Positions 11,798 through 22,457 of a stretch of DNA of 64,000 nucleotides are shown piece after piece; position 1 is the first letter of the stretch; every line of letters starts with the position of its first letter. The position numbers and the translations under genes are program-made. The notes beneath the pieces were generated by a model that made no database searches, had not been told where the DNA came from, and was given only the letters and a program-made list of their open reading frames with translations. The DNA comes from Eledone cirrhosa (taxonomy: Eukaryota). The stretch covers positions 19,530,001 to 19,594,000 of the forward strand of contig OZ024745.1 of the NCBI GenBank assembly GCA_964016885.1, in the 5' to 3' direction.

Positions 11798-13333
11798 ATG
11801 GTAACTCAGGAAGATTTAGAAAATGCCAAACAAATGGTAAAGAAAGATGGGTACAGGGTCAGCCTCACGCCCCCACCTAATAAAATGGAGCATCGGCGCC
11901 TATGCACCGTGTCGTATAGAACAATACATGTAAAATCGCGTCGAGTGGAACGGGCATCCGAGTCCCAAATCCAAAAAGCTTTGGGACATGTGTGGGCAAG
12001 AAAAACCCACATCAGACGTGGGCAAAAGTATGGAACCGTGGATGTGTTCTTTGAAACACCAGAGGAGGCTAGAGAACACTCCATGGCCCCATTAAAAAGT
12101 GACGACTTCACACTCGTCCCAAGCTATTGTGGCCAGAGACTCGTAAAGATCAGGGTGACCCACGTTCCACCGGCCATCGAAATTCCCTGGCTAATAGCGG
12201 CTGTCCTCGCCGGCATCGAGGCCAACACGAAAATAATAACAATAGCAAAAGAAAAGCAGGAAAACTGGTCCGGATCTGGGATGGAGCTCCTGATCCAAGC
12301 GGACCAAAAAAGCATTGAGGAGATCCCAGAGGTAATAGACCTCACTGACGGCAGCCACCTCACGGTAATTGTCGAGGGCAGAAGACCTAGGTGTGTCGTT
12401 TGTGGTGAAGGAACCCACCTAAGGGCTTTCTGCCCTCAGGCTAAAAGGTTGAGGCCACCTCTCCTACCCACCCCAGTGACACAACCATCAACACCACCAG
12501 TAGCAGAGATGGCAGCAACAACTGTGGCAGCAACAACAGAAGCAACTATAACAGCAACAACCCCAGCAACAGTAGCAAAACCAACACCACTACCACCACC
12601 AGCAAAACCAACACCACCACCACCCAACGCTTCAGAACTAGCACCAGCGCCTACACCATCCACCACACCACAACCAAAACTAACGGCTGTGGAGGATTTT
12701 CCACTCCCCGGCCTATCACAACTGGAGACAGATTGTGACGACGAGGAGTGGGAAACGATATCCGGAAAAAAAAAAAGAAACCAAAAAAGAAAAAATTCTC
12801 TTCCTTCCCCCTCCAAAAACAAAATACAGAGGGAAACAAATAAACTAAGAAACAAAAAAGTTAGGACAGATATGCCACCATCCACACCAGCATCACCAAC
12901 CCCATCAACCCAAACACCAACACCATCACCATCATTAACTCCAACACCACCATCACCTACACCACAAAAGTCACCAAAATGCGAAACAGAAACAAACCCA
13001 CAACAAACGCAAACAAAACAAAACAACCAAAACGATACACACTACACAGCATTAAATTTGAACAACAAGCAATTATTGCACTACATCCAACACAACACCA
13101 GCATCACAGAAAAAGACTACACAACAACCCCAAAATTCACACCACCTCCACACATACAAATCACTCGCATCACACAGAAAACGTACATGACACGAAAACA
13201 AAAATTCCCCAAAGACATCGGAGACTTCCGACAAGCACTCTCCAGGAGGATTTATAAGGACATCCTTCCTGAGGAGGCCACAAGCAGTGAAAAGGATGGA
13301 AAAACCGTCCTTCCCCTACGAGAAGTAAGGTAA
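11798..13333 (+). CDS. Tx1 ORF1 (gag-like nucleic-acid-binding protein)
   Basis: CVVCGEGTHLRAFC = CX2CX4HX4C knuckle, followed by a Pro/Thr-rich region and WETISGKKKR basic patch. Confidence 0.88.
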   Translation: MVTQEDLENAKQMVKKDGYRVSLTPPPNKMEHRRLCTVSYRTIHVKSRRVERASESQIQKALGHVWARKTHIRRGQKYGTVDVFFETPEEAREHSMAPLKSDDFTLVPSYCGQRLVKIRVTHVPPAIEIPWLIAAVLAGIEANTKIITIAKEKQENWSGSGMELLIQADQKSIEEIPEVIDLTDGSHLTVIVEGRRPRCVVCGEGTHLRAFCPQAKRLRPPLLPTPVTQPSTPPVAEMAATTVAATTEATITATTPATVAKPTPLPPPAKPTPPPPNASELAPAPTPSTTPQPKLTAVEDFPLPGLSQLETDCDDEEWETISGKKKRNQKRKNSLPSPSKNKIQRETNKLRNKKVRTDMPPSTPASPTPSTQTPTPSPSLTPTPPSPTPQKSPKCETETNPQQTQTKQNNQNDTHYTALNLNNKQLLHYIQHNTSITEKDYTTTPKFTPPPHIQITRITQKTYMTRKQKFPKDIGDFRQALSRRIYKDILPEEATSSEKDGKTVLPLREVR

Positions 13334-13367
13334 GTGGTCTTTCCCATCTTTTCCACTCCTTTTCAAC

Positions 13368-16300
13368 ATGACCTCACTCAGAATAGGCAGCATAAATGCG
13401 CGTGGCTTGGGGTCGTCATGGAAGCAGGGCCACCTGCTCAACGACCTCAGGTCACTAAACATAGATGTAGTGGCCATCAGCGAGACCAGAATCTCCGAAG
13501 CACAGGCTTTCGCACCGATCTTCGGCGGCTACGATGTGTACGCATCTCCCAGCCGTCCGGGATCGGGGGGAGGAGTTGCTGTGCTTTTTCGGAGAGGTTT
13601 GGATCTTGCCATACGGGCCATCTTCCTGGACCCAGAAGGTAAGTTGGTGGTGCTGGACGTGACCAGCGGAGACGGGCAAGCTTTCAGGTTAGTGGCCGTC
13701 TATGCCCCGACAGGAGCAGGGCGGCCTGATTTCTTCCGGCGTCTGGAGACCTTTCTTGGAACGTCCCGCTCTTTAGTGTTAGTGGGCGACTGGAACGGGA
13801 TCTTAGATGCACGCTGGGATTGTGTGGGATTAGTGGATAGGGAAGGAGGGTGCAAGAGTCTCACCAACCTGCTCAGACGTTTTGAACTGTCTGACAGGTA
13901 CCGAATGGATTTCCCGAATGTACCAATGTGGACTTGGACAAATCGCATACGGTCATCCAGATCATATCTAGATAGAGTATTTTGTAGGGAAATAGATAGG
14001 TCTAGCATAGGCTGTCCACAATTCAAGATAGTCAGCTACACGGACCACAAATTCGTGATCTGTGTGCTTGAATTAGATAGGCTTCATAGACAAGGACCCG
14101 GCTACTGGAAGCTAAACGCGTCCTTACCAGCGCGCAAGGCCTACAGAGACCGGATTAGCGAACTAGTTAAGCGGGCGTTGACGGGGGCCATCGTCAACAA
14201 CAAGTGGTGGTTTGCTCTGAAAAGAGCAATTAGAATAGAGTCCATTAGGTTTAGTAAGACTTTAGCAATAGAGAAAAATAGAGCAGAGGGAGAATTAGTT
14301 AGAAAATTAGATGAGGCGCTTAGCAAAGGCATCGCGACCGACGTACTTGCGGCGAAATTGGCCCTTGACCAATTCTTCAATGCAAAGCACGAAGGCTGCG
14401 TTGTCAGAGCTAGGGTGCGTGCTCTCAGACACGAGGGGACGAAAGCCGTTGAATGGGCCCGAGTGGCGGAGGCGCGTCGTGGCAACAAAGCCACGATCCG
14501 GTCTTTGGTGGACCACGACGGGCGCATGCTACTCGATCCCGGGCAAATGTGTGAAGCTTTTCAGCGACACTTCGCTCAACTGTTCGGGGGCAGTGGCGGG
14601 CCGGATCGAGGGATGGACTTTAGTGTCTACCTCGACGGACTGCCGCGGCTTTCGGCCACTGAGGCGGAGTGTTGCGAAAAGCCGATAACAACCGCTGAAG
14701 TACGGGATGCAATGACTAGTTGCACAAGGGGCAAATCGCCTGGTTTGGATGGTCTGCCCTATGAACTTTACGTACAAATGCCAAACTTGTTCGGAGGCCT
14801 CTTGGCGGACGTCTACTGCAACTGGCAACAGAACGGGAGAATTCCCAGCTCTGTGAGCCGAGGAGCGGTGGCGCTGCTGAGAAAGGATCCGAACAAGGGG
14901 GATAACATAGATAATTTTAGGCCCATAACTCTGCTAAACACAGAGTTCAAGATTTTGGCCAAGGTGCTAGCAAAGAGGTTGGCGCTTGTCGTTGGTGGTC
15001 TGGTGGGAGAGGCACAGACATGCGCCATTCCCGACAGATCCATCCACGACAACCTCCACCTCATGCGATACATCGTAGAGAGGGTAGCTAGGGAACCTGG
15101 CACGGGTGGGTCTTTGATCAATTTAGATCAGTCGAAAGCCTTCGATAGGGTCGACCATCGTTACCTAGCGGCAGTCCTGAGGGCGGCTGGCTTTGGGCCC
15201 GTCTTCAGAGGCTGGATCGCTGCCATGCACAGCGACATCTGCTCTGTAGTGAGAGTGAACGGTCACCTTTCGGAACCGTTCAACATCATGCGCTCGGTCC
15301 GCCAAGGATGTCCCCTCTCGTCCCTATTGTACGTATTGACTCTCGAGCCATTACTGCACAAACTGGAGACGTTGAGGGGGGTCCCGCGCGAACTAGGATG
15401 CGGAAGATCCGTGTCAGCATATGCCGACGATGTCACCGTAGTGGTGTCGAACGCCAAACACATCGAGGCGATCGGCACTACACTAAGAGAATACGAAGCG
15501 GTGACAGGAGCAATGATCAACCAGGAAAAGTCAGTGGGCCTGCAGCTCGGCACCTGGAGAGGCAGGTCCATGCCGTCCAACAGCGTCGTCGGGCGCTGGA
15601 CGGACGGACCGGTTAAATTGCTAGGGGTCTGGTTCGGTCCAGACCTCCAGACGGACAAAAACTGGGACGAGGTGACGAGCAGGGTGGCTTCTCTCACCCA
15701 GAAATGGGCCGAGAGGAAGCTATCCCTAAAAGGTCGAGCGGAGGTGGCGAATGCGTACATCGCATCCGTCATCTACTACCGCCTGACCGTCGTACCTTGT
15801 CCTAAGCCCCGCCTGACTGCGCTGGAGCGTTTGCTCTTTCGCTTCTTGTGGAAGGGACGCGCTCCGATGGTCAGGCGGTCCATCTGCTGTCAACACCCGC
15901 TACGTGGAGGGCTGGGCATGCCGTGGCTGATGATGCGCAGACACGCGCTCAGGCTACGACATCTCCACCTCTTCCTCGACGGTGATCAGGTGTGGTCGCC
16001 GTTTGCAAGACACGTTTTTCCCCAGCTCGTCTCCTTGACGGAGCTGCAGTCCTGGGTCAAGCGAAGACCGAGAGGGAGCGCTTGGAGACTGGAATGTCTT
16101 CAGGCGCTCACAGCCCTCGACCAATCGGGCAATGTGATCGGTGGAAACTCCACCTTGGCGTTCTATAGGGGATTAGTGGAGGGGAAGAGCGACGACGTAC
16201 TTGGAGAAACTCTAGGCGTCGACGAAAATCAACTAGCCAATCTCTTCGGAAGGACTTTCGGGCCGGGGCCTATGGACAACTTCCAGAAATCCCTGGCCTG

Positions 16301-16787
16301 GCAGTGCTACCGAGGAGCTTTGCCAGTTCGGGATAAACTCTACAGGCATGGAGGTGCCGTCAGCCGGGCATGTCCGAGATGCGCGCAGGGCGACGAAACC
16401 GTCCTGCACGCACTCGTCCAGTGTCCGAGCATTGCTGACTTGTGGGTTTATGTCGAACACCTGCTGTCACGTGTAGGACGGATCCAGCTATCAGCTGAGT
16501 CCATCGTGAGGATTGCCCCACCCCCTTCCTTTAGCCTGGAAGGGCAGGCAGTTTTTATCTGTCTGGTGGCCATGGCGAAAGAGATAGTATGGTGGACACG
16601 TTTGAAAGGGCTGAAGACGAGCACTTACCTCTTCGGTGATGCCCTGATTAACTTTTTCAAATTTCATTTGAAAAGGAAAATCAGGGTAGAGAGGGAAGTG
16701 CTCTCTTCCCAGCATTTTGTTGAAAGATGGGTGAGAGAAGCAAGTATGGCCCGAATGAATGGGCCTTCTCTGAGTATGTGTCTGTAA
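13368..16787 (+). CDS. Tx1 ORF2: APE endonuclease + reverse transcriptase + C-terminal zinc finger (1139 aa, uninterrupted)
   Basis: SINARGL, ISET, VYAP, GDWN, YLDR, YTDH (APE); WKLN; KSPGLDG, FRPITLLN, LDQSKAFD, VRQGCPLS, YADD (RT); CPRC..H..C. Confidence 0.96.
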   Translation: MTSLRIGSINARGLGSSWKQGHLLNDLRSLNIDVVAISETRISEAQAFAPIFGGYDVYASPSRPGSGGGVAVLFRRGLDLAIRAIFLDPEGKLVVLDVTSGDGQAFRLVAVYAPTGAGRPDFFRRLETFLGTSRSLVLVGDWNGILDARWDCVGLVDREGGCKSLTNLLRRFELSDRYRMDFPNVPMWTWTNRIRSSRSYLDRVFCREIDRSSIGCPQFKIVSYTDHKFVICVLELDRLHRQGPGYWKLNASLPARKAYRDRISELVKRALTGAIVNNKWWFALKRAIRIESIRFSKTLAIEKNRAEGELVRKLDEALSKGIATDVLAAKLALDQFFNAKHEGCVVRARVRALRHEGTKAVEWARVAEARRGNKATIRSLVDHDGRMLLDPGQMCEAFQRHFAQLFGGSGGPDRGMDFSVYLDGLPRLSATEAECCEKPITTAEVRDAMTSCTRGKSPGLDGLPYELYVQMPNLFGGLLADVYCNWQQNGRIPSSVSRGAVALLRKDPNKGDNIDNFRPITLLNTEFKILAKVLAKRLALVVGGLVGEAQTCAIPDRSIHDNLHLMRYIVERVAREPGTGGSLINLDQSKAFDRVDHRYLAAVLRAAGFGPVFRGWIAAMHSDICSVVRVNGHLSEPFNIMRSVRQGCPLSSLLYVLTLEPLLHKLETLRGVPRELGCGRSVSAYADDVTVVVSNAKHIEAIGTTLREYEAVTGAMINQEKSVGLQLGTWRGRSMPSNSVVGRWTDGPVKLLGVWFGPDLQTDKNWDEVTSRVASLTQKWAERKLSLKGRAEVANAYIASVIYYRLTVVPCPKPRLTALERLLFRFLWKGRAPMVRRSICCQHPLRGGLGMPWLMMRRHALRLRHLHLFLDGDQVWSPFARHVFPQLVSLTELQSWVKRRPRGSAWRLECLQALTALDQSGNVIGGNSTLAFYRGLVEGKSDDVLGETLGVDENQLANLFGRTFGPGPMDNFQKSLAWQCYRGALPVRDKLYRHGGAVSRACPRCAQGDETVLHALVQCPSIADLWVYVEHLLSRVGRIQLSAESIVRIAPPPSFSLEGQAVFICLVAMAKEIVWWTRLKGLKTSTYLFGDALINFFKFHLKRKIRVEREVLSSQHFVERWVREASMARMNGPSLSMCL

Positions 16788-17055
16788 ATTAAAGGTGGAA
16801 AACTGGGAGAGGGCACTTGCCCTGGTGGTCAGGGCCACTGTGGTCTTTTAATGGGCTTTCTCCACAAATGTCCCTTGGAAGTCTCCCCCCTATTGGGGAA
16901 TTTTTCTTTGTTATTTTATTTCAACCTCTGTTTTTTTACACGCAGAAAGCCCATTTGTACCGTCCTGTATTGTCCTGTACTGTCCTTAATGTCTACTTTA
17001 TGTGAACCCTTGTGGTTAATAAAGAAAACATTATTATTATTATTATTATTATTAT

Positions 17056-17487
17056 AGTTGCATTTATCTTGCTTTATGTTCATACGAGTTATCACCAAGT
17101 CACAACCAGTGACCTCAAGAGACAACAAGGTCCGCCATGTTCAAGAAAGAACATACATACTCACACATGCATCTTTAGTGTTTAGACTTGTGATGTACTT
17201 ATATTGACAGAATCTTCCTTAGTATATGGGCAGTTCCCATTAGTACTATCTTTTGTATTTCTCCTATACGCGGGTTTCCTGGGATTTGCGATAAGTAATC
17301 ATTAAACCCCTTAGGTATCATTCCCAGAGCGCCCACAACCACTGGTATTGTTTTAGTTCTCAATTTCCACATTTTTCCAATTTCTATCTCCAGGTCCTTA
17401 TACTTGCTCAATTTTTCAAATGTTTTTATAGATACATTCTTGTCTATTGGAACGGACATATCAATTAGCAGGCATACCCTCTTTTTA
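17056..17487 (-). mobile_element. R4/Dong family B copy 2 (430-bp 3' fragment)
   Basis: Nearly identical to 17516-17950; (ATT)n on both sides. Confidence 0.92.
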
Positions 17488-17659
17488 ATTATTATTATTA
17501 TTATTATTATTATTACAGTTGCATTTATCTTGCTTTATGTTCATACGAGTTATCACCAAGTCACAACCAGTGACCTCAAGAGACAACAAGGTCCGCCATG
17601 TTCAAGAAAGAACATACATACTCACACATGCATCTTTAGTGTTTAGACTTGTGATGTAC

Positions 17660-20600
17660 TTATATTGACAGAATCTTCCTTAGTATATGGGCAGTTCCCA
17701 TTAGTACTATCTTTTGTATTTCTCCTATACGCGGGTTTCCTGGGATCTGCGATAAGTAATCATTAGACCCCTTAGGTATCATTCCCAGAGCGCCCACAAC
17801 CACTGGTATTGTTTTAGTTCTCAATTTCCACATTTTTCCAATTTCTATTTCCAGGTCCTTATACTTGCTCAATTTTTCAAATGTTTTTATAGATACATTC
17901 TTGTCTATTGGAACGGACATATCAATTAGCAGGCATACCCTCTTTTTAAAGTCCTTCAATATTATATCAGGTCTATTTGCATCTATTTTTCGGTGTTTGG
18001 ATGCTAAAGTTCCACAAGATTGAGATGTGATCTTTTTCAAGTATGGGAGGTGGTTGATGCTCCCACCAATTCTTTTGATGGGGCAGGTCAAAATGCTTAC
18101 ACATTATCCAATGTATGTATTGTGCAGCTCTGTCATGCCTGTTTAGGTATTCGGTTGGAGCTATAGGACTGCACATTGAAATTATATGGTCAATGGTCTC
18201 TGGTTGTTTTTTGCATACACGGCATAATGGGCTGCATCCATTTTTTATTATGTTGACTTGGTAATTTTTTGTTGGCAGACACTGATCTTGTGCTGATATA
18301 ATCAGTCCTTCAGTCTCCGATTTCAGTCCAGAGGATGCCAACCACTGATGGGTTAAAGTTTTGTCAACATCATGATTGTTAGCTCGCTCTGGGTATTTTC
18401 CATACAGAGGCTTTTCTTGCCATTTCTTAGCCAGTTTCTGTAGCAGTTCTTTCTTTGCAGTTACTTTTACCTGCTTTGCTTTTTCTGTGTTTTCCATTTC
18501 AGCAGTAAATGGGACTTCTGAAATTTGTAGTCCATTACTGTATCTTTGTGCATCTTTTGTAATGGAATATGATCTTTTGGTGCTTTCGTGTTTCAAAACG
18601 AGTTTGATCATCCAATCATGTGATTCCCTTAGATATGTGGATAATCCAATTGTTGCAGTTTTCAACGCAATGTCTAACTGGATTAACCCACGTCCTCCTT
18701 CTTTCCTAGGGAGATATATTCTATCTATATCTGCCTTAGGGTGATGCATTCTGTGCATGGTTAAGAATTTTCGAATTTTTGTATCGAGCCTACGGATCTC
18801 TGTGCTTGACCAGTTGATGACATTGTAACTGTAGGTTACTACTGGTATGGCAAGCGTGTTTATGGCATCGATCCTATTCCTTGCATTCAATTCCGTTCTT
18901 AAGATTGCTCTTACTCTGCGGTAACATTCCTTCCTTATCCTTTCCCTCATTGTCGAGTGCTTGATTCCGTCTCCTTCACAAACACCTAGATATTTGTAAG
19001 TTTTTTCTTGATCAAGTTCTCTTATCACGTTCCCCCGATCAAGATTAATGTCTGAACTCTTCAGCAGCTTTCCTCTGGTGAACGTTGCTTTGGCGCATTT
19101 ATCTAGTCCAAACTCCATTTTAATGTCATCACTGAACTGCTCCACAGTGGATAATAGCCCTTGCAATTGTTCATCATTTTTTACAAGTAGTTTCAGGTCA
19201 TCCATGTAGAACAGGTGATTAATGGTTTTGTCATAGACTTTATATCCATGTTTTGTTTCATTGAGCATTTTACTTAATTGTATAAGTGCGATGCAGAATA
19301 AAAGCGGTGATAAAGAGTCACCCTGAAAAATTCCACAATTAATATTAACTTCTCCAGCTTCCAGTGATTTTGTTTCACTATTCAAAAGGAGTGTCGTTTT
19401 CCATGTCTTCATACTGAATGACAAAAACCTCCTGACAACGGGGGATATTTTGAAAATCTCTAAACATTTTTCAATCCAACTGTGTAGCAAACTATCGAAT
19501 GCTTTTTTATAATCTATCCAAGCAATCGATAGATTTTTGTGTCTATTATGACAATCTTCCAGTATCATTTTGTTAACCAGAAGCTGATCCTTACAGCCAT
19601 ATGAGCCTCGTTTACACCCTTTCTGCTCAATGGGAAATAGGTCATTTGTTATCAGGTGGTCATATGTGTATTCAGTTAGGACTGATGTTAAAATTTTATA
19701 CATTGTGGTCAAGCAAGTTATCGGTCTGTAATTTTTTGGATTGTTTGTCTCATCATTCTTCGGAAGCAGGAATGTAATGCCGTTAACTAGCCATGATGGT
19801 ATCTTTTCTGGCTCCTTAACTATTTCATTGTAAAGTTGGGCTAACAGCTCATGAGACTCTGTGAAGGCATTTATCCAAAAGTTTTGTATTTTGTCTTTTC
19901 CTGGGGATTTCCATTTGCTGGTTTTTCTTAGAGCCAAGCGCAACCGTTCAACTGTTATATTTTCCCATATTTGTTCCTCAAGGTGAGCTGTATCTTTCAT
20001 TTGTCTGTCTATCCATGGGGCATGTATGTTATGAACTTTTTCTTCGGTCCAGATCTTTTCCCAGAATTCTTGCACTTCCTCCTTGGGTGGTATTGATTTA
20101 GCAGTTATTGTTGACTTACCAATTTTTCTGTAGAAGTTTCTTTGGTTGTTTTTGAACATATTATTGTCCTTATAGAATCTAGATCGTTTTTCAAAGCGCC
20201 TTATACGAGCAGCTTTGGCCGACACTTTTTGCTTGATTATTTCTATCAGCATGTCTATGTCACATGTTGATTTTATACTGTACTTTTTTTTCAATTTTCT
20301 AAGTTTAGTTTGTTTAACATGTTCACCTACTTTATAGTTTGTTAAAATTTCTATGTCAGATCGGAGAAGGTTTATTTGGCGATTGATGTTCTCTTGCCAA
20401 GTAGATTTCTTGTGGGAATTCCTTTGTTTTTTCATCTTCACTCCACATAAGTGAGTGGTGACTTTAGCCGATGCATAATAGAGATGATTTAAATCAGCAA
20501 TGTTTAGTTTGTTTGTGATGATAATGTTTTTGAGAATTATGTTAGTCTTCTGTATTATCTTTTGGTTCTGTTTGGAGTTCTGGATCTTAGGGAGGGTGTC

Positions 20601-21308
20601 TCGTTGCCCCATGTCAGATTCTTTCATTTTCATCCATTCGATCATAATTTCATCCTTCAAGTTGGCAAGTTCATTCTCATTCATTTCTTTATCATTTACG
20701 ATCTCATTATTTTCATTTGGAGTTTCATCCTGAGCATGCACTCCCTCTACTTTTTCGATCCTTTCTTTAATTTGTTCTGTTGCCAGTGATTCCGCCCCAA
20801 CCCTGGGTTTCGAAGTGTTACAGTTTACCTCGTTTTCACTGACACATGTTTCATTTTCCCTTCGCTGACTTTGTGCTAATAGCTTGATCTGATCAATTTC
20901 TATATCAGTTAGTAACTTTTTTCTTACAATATTTCTTCGTATATTGGCTAGTTTGTTACTGTCAATATAGCCTCTGTTTTCGGGATGTTTCTTTTTCCAG
21001 TTGATATATGTCTGTTCTGTATTCGATGTATTTGATGGGTAGTACATGGCAGTGTAGAAAGCCTCAAGGACTTCTTTATTATCTTCCCTTGACCATTTTT
21101 CTCTCTTTTTCTTTGGATTTCTTGGTGGTGAGCATGGAGGGCCAACAGTAGGAGTATTCCGGTTATGGGAGGTCTCCAGCTCCGAAGTGATGGGAAGGTT
21201 TGAACCATTAGCTGATTTTTCGACCCCAGTCTGGTTCCTCTCTGAGGGACGCGGCCTTTTTTTACCCGGGTGACGGCCGATCCGGTATGAGATTTTATCA
21301 TTAGACAT
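17660..21308 (-). pseudogene. Dong family B single ORF (Myb-like N-terminus, RT, CCHC, RLE) with a 2-bp deletion near 17995
   Basis: KWSREDN, WKSPGKD, YRPITCL, EQKGC, YMDDLKL, CRVC..HIISMC, RHD, RPDII; cggtgtttgg here versus cggtctgtttgg in copy 4 explains the split ORFs. Confidence 0.92.
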
Positions 21309-21552
21309 TTATTTTATTTTGTCCCGTTTTATCCTTATCCGCCAAGGGGTAATCATTTCGTGTTACCACTTCTAGAACGAGTGTCAACCAAGACTAGAGG
21401 GGTCGTTCTCCCCTAGAGACACGGCTATTCCCCGCCGGCCGCCATCCCGGTATTTCTTGGTCATCGGGTTTTCTTTTTGTTGTTTTTTTTTAAATTGTTA
21501 TTATCATGAGTGGTTCCTTAATGTGAGCATTGTGTGGCTTAAGAATGAAATT

Positions 21553-21605
21553 ATTAATAATTGTCTCCACTACAGGCACAAGGCCAGCAATCACCCAGTG
21601 CATTA
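21553..21605 (-). mobile_element. 3' tail fragment of the same SINE family
   Basis: Reverse complement reads aatgcactgggtgattgctggccttgtgcctgtagtggagacaattatt. Confidence 0.65.
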
Positions 21606-22457
21606 ATATAATATACTTTTTGCTGTAGTTGCCTGTTATTGTTGTTGGCTATGTCGGTGGTGGTGCCGGGGCTTTTTATATTGTTGGTGAGGAAGGGGTG
21701 AGCCAGCAGTCCCATAGTTGTTGATGTTGACGTTTGGCCGGTGGCCAGGTCACTAAGTCAATCTATTTATATCTTTTGCTAGCCTCTCCCTTGTCTAGTG
21801 ATACCGCCACCTTCCCCTTTCTCTCTCAAGTTAACAGGGGAATAGTGGTGGTAGCAATGAAGGAGTGGTGGCGGCGGCGATGGGATAGTGGTAGCAAGAT
21901 GGTGGATGGGGTGGTGGCGTTGTGGTTACTGGGTTTTGTGATATGTAGTATCTATGAGTTTGTGTTCGTATGTTTAATATATATTGTGTTGACATATTCC
22001 CGTAAAATTGGAATTAAACATTTTGTTAAAATTTGAGACAATAATAATAGTAATTATTAATATCATGCCGGGATTGATGGTGGTGGTGGTGAAATTGCCG
22101 TTATCTGGCTGTTATATTTAGTGTGATGGGATAGGTGGTGTATCAAGTTTCTGGTGTTGGTGAAATTGCTGTTATTTGGCTGTTCTATATAGTGTAGACA
22201 GAGGGTGTTTTCTTCCATTTATAACCATTTTCTTTTTTTGAATACAAAATATATAATACAAAATTGAATATTTGAGCGATATAACAATATAATATGGATC
22301 CGAAATTTTATGGGACTTCATTCGGTGGTTTATGCAACATTTGTACTAAGAATTGTTATTTCACAATTGATTTAAATATGTTAAAAATCAAAAACTTACG
22401 GGAGCGATTTCATGACCTTCTACCACCTCGTGCGTCTTCTTCCCTTATTATTATTAT

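Larger units (their letters stand above)
11141..17030 (+). mobile_element. Tx1-clade (L1 group) non-LTR retrotransposon, apparently full length, in (ATT)n
   Basis: 5' UTR, ORF1 with zinc knuckle, APE-RT ORF2, 3' end ggttAATAAAgaaaaca; (ATT)n at 11078-11140 and 17031-17055. Confidence 0.92.
17516..22443 (-). mobile_element. R4/Dong family B copy 3, probably full length (5' boundary uncertain, 21.46-22.44 kb)
   Basis: Complete coding region plus ~1.1 kb upstream to the next (TTA)n at 22444. Confidence 0.85.
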
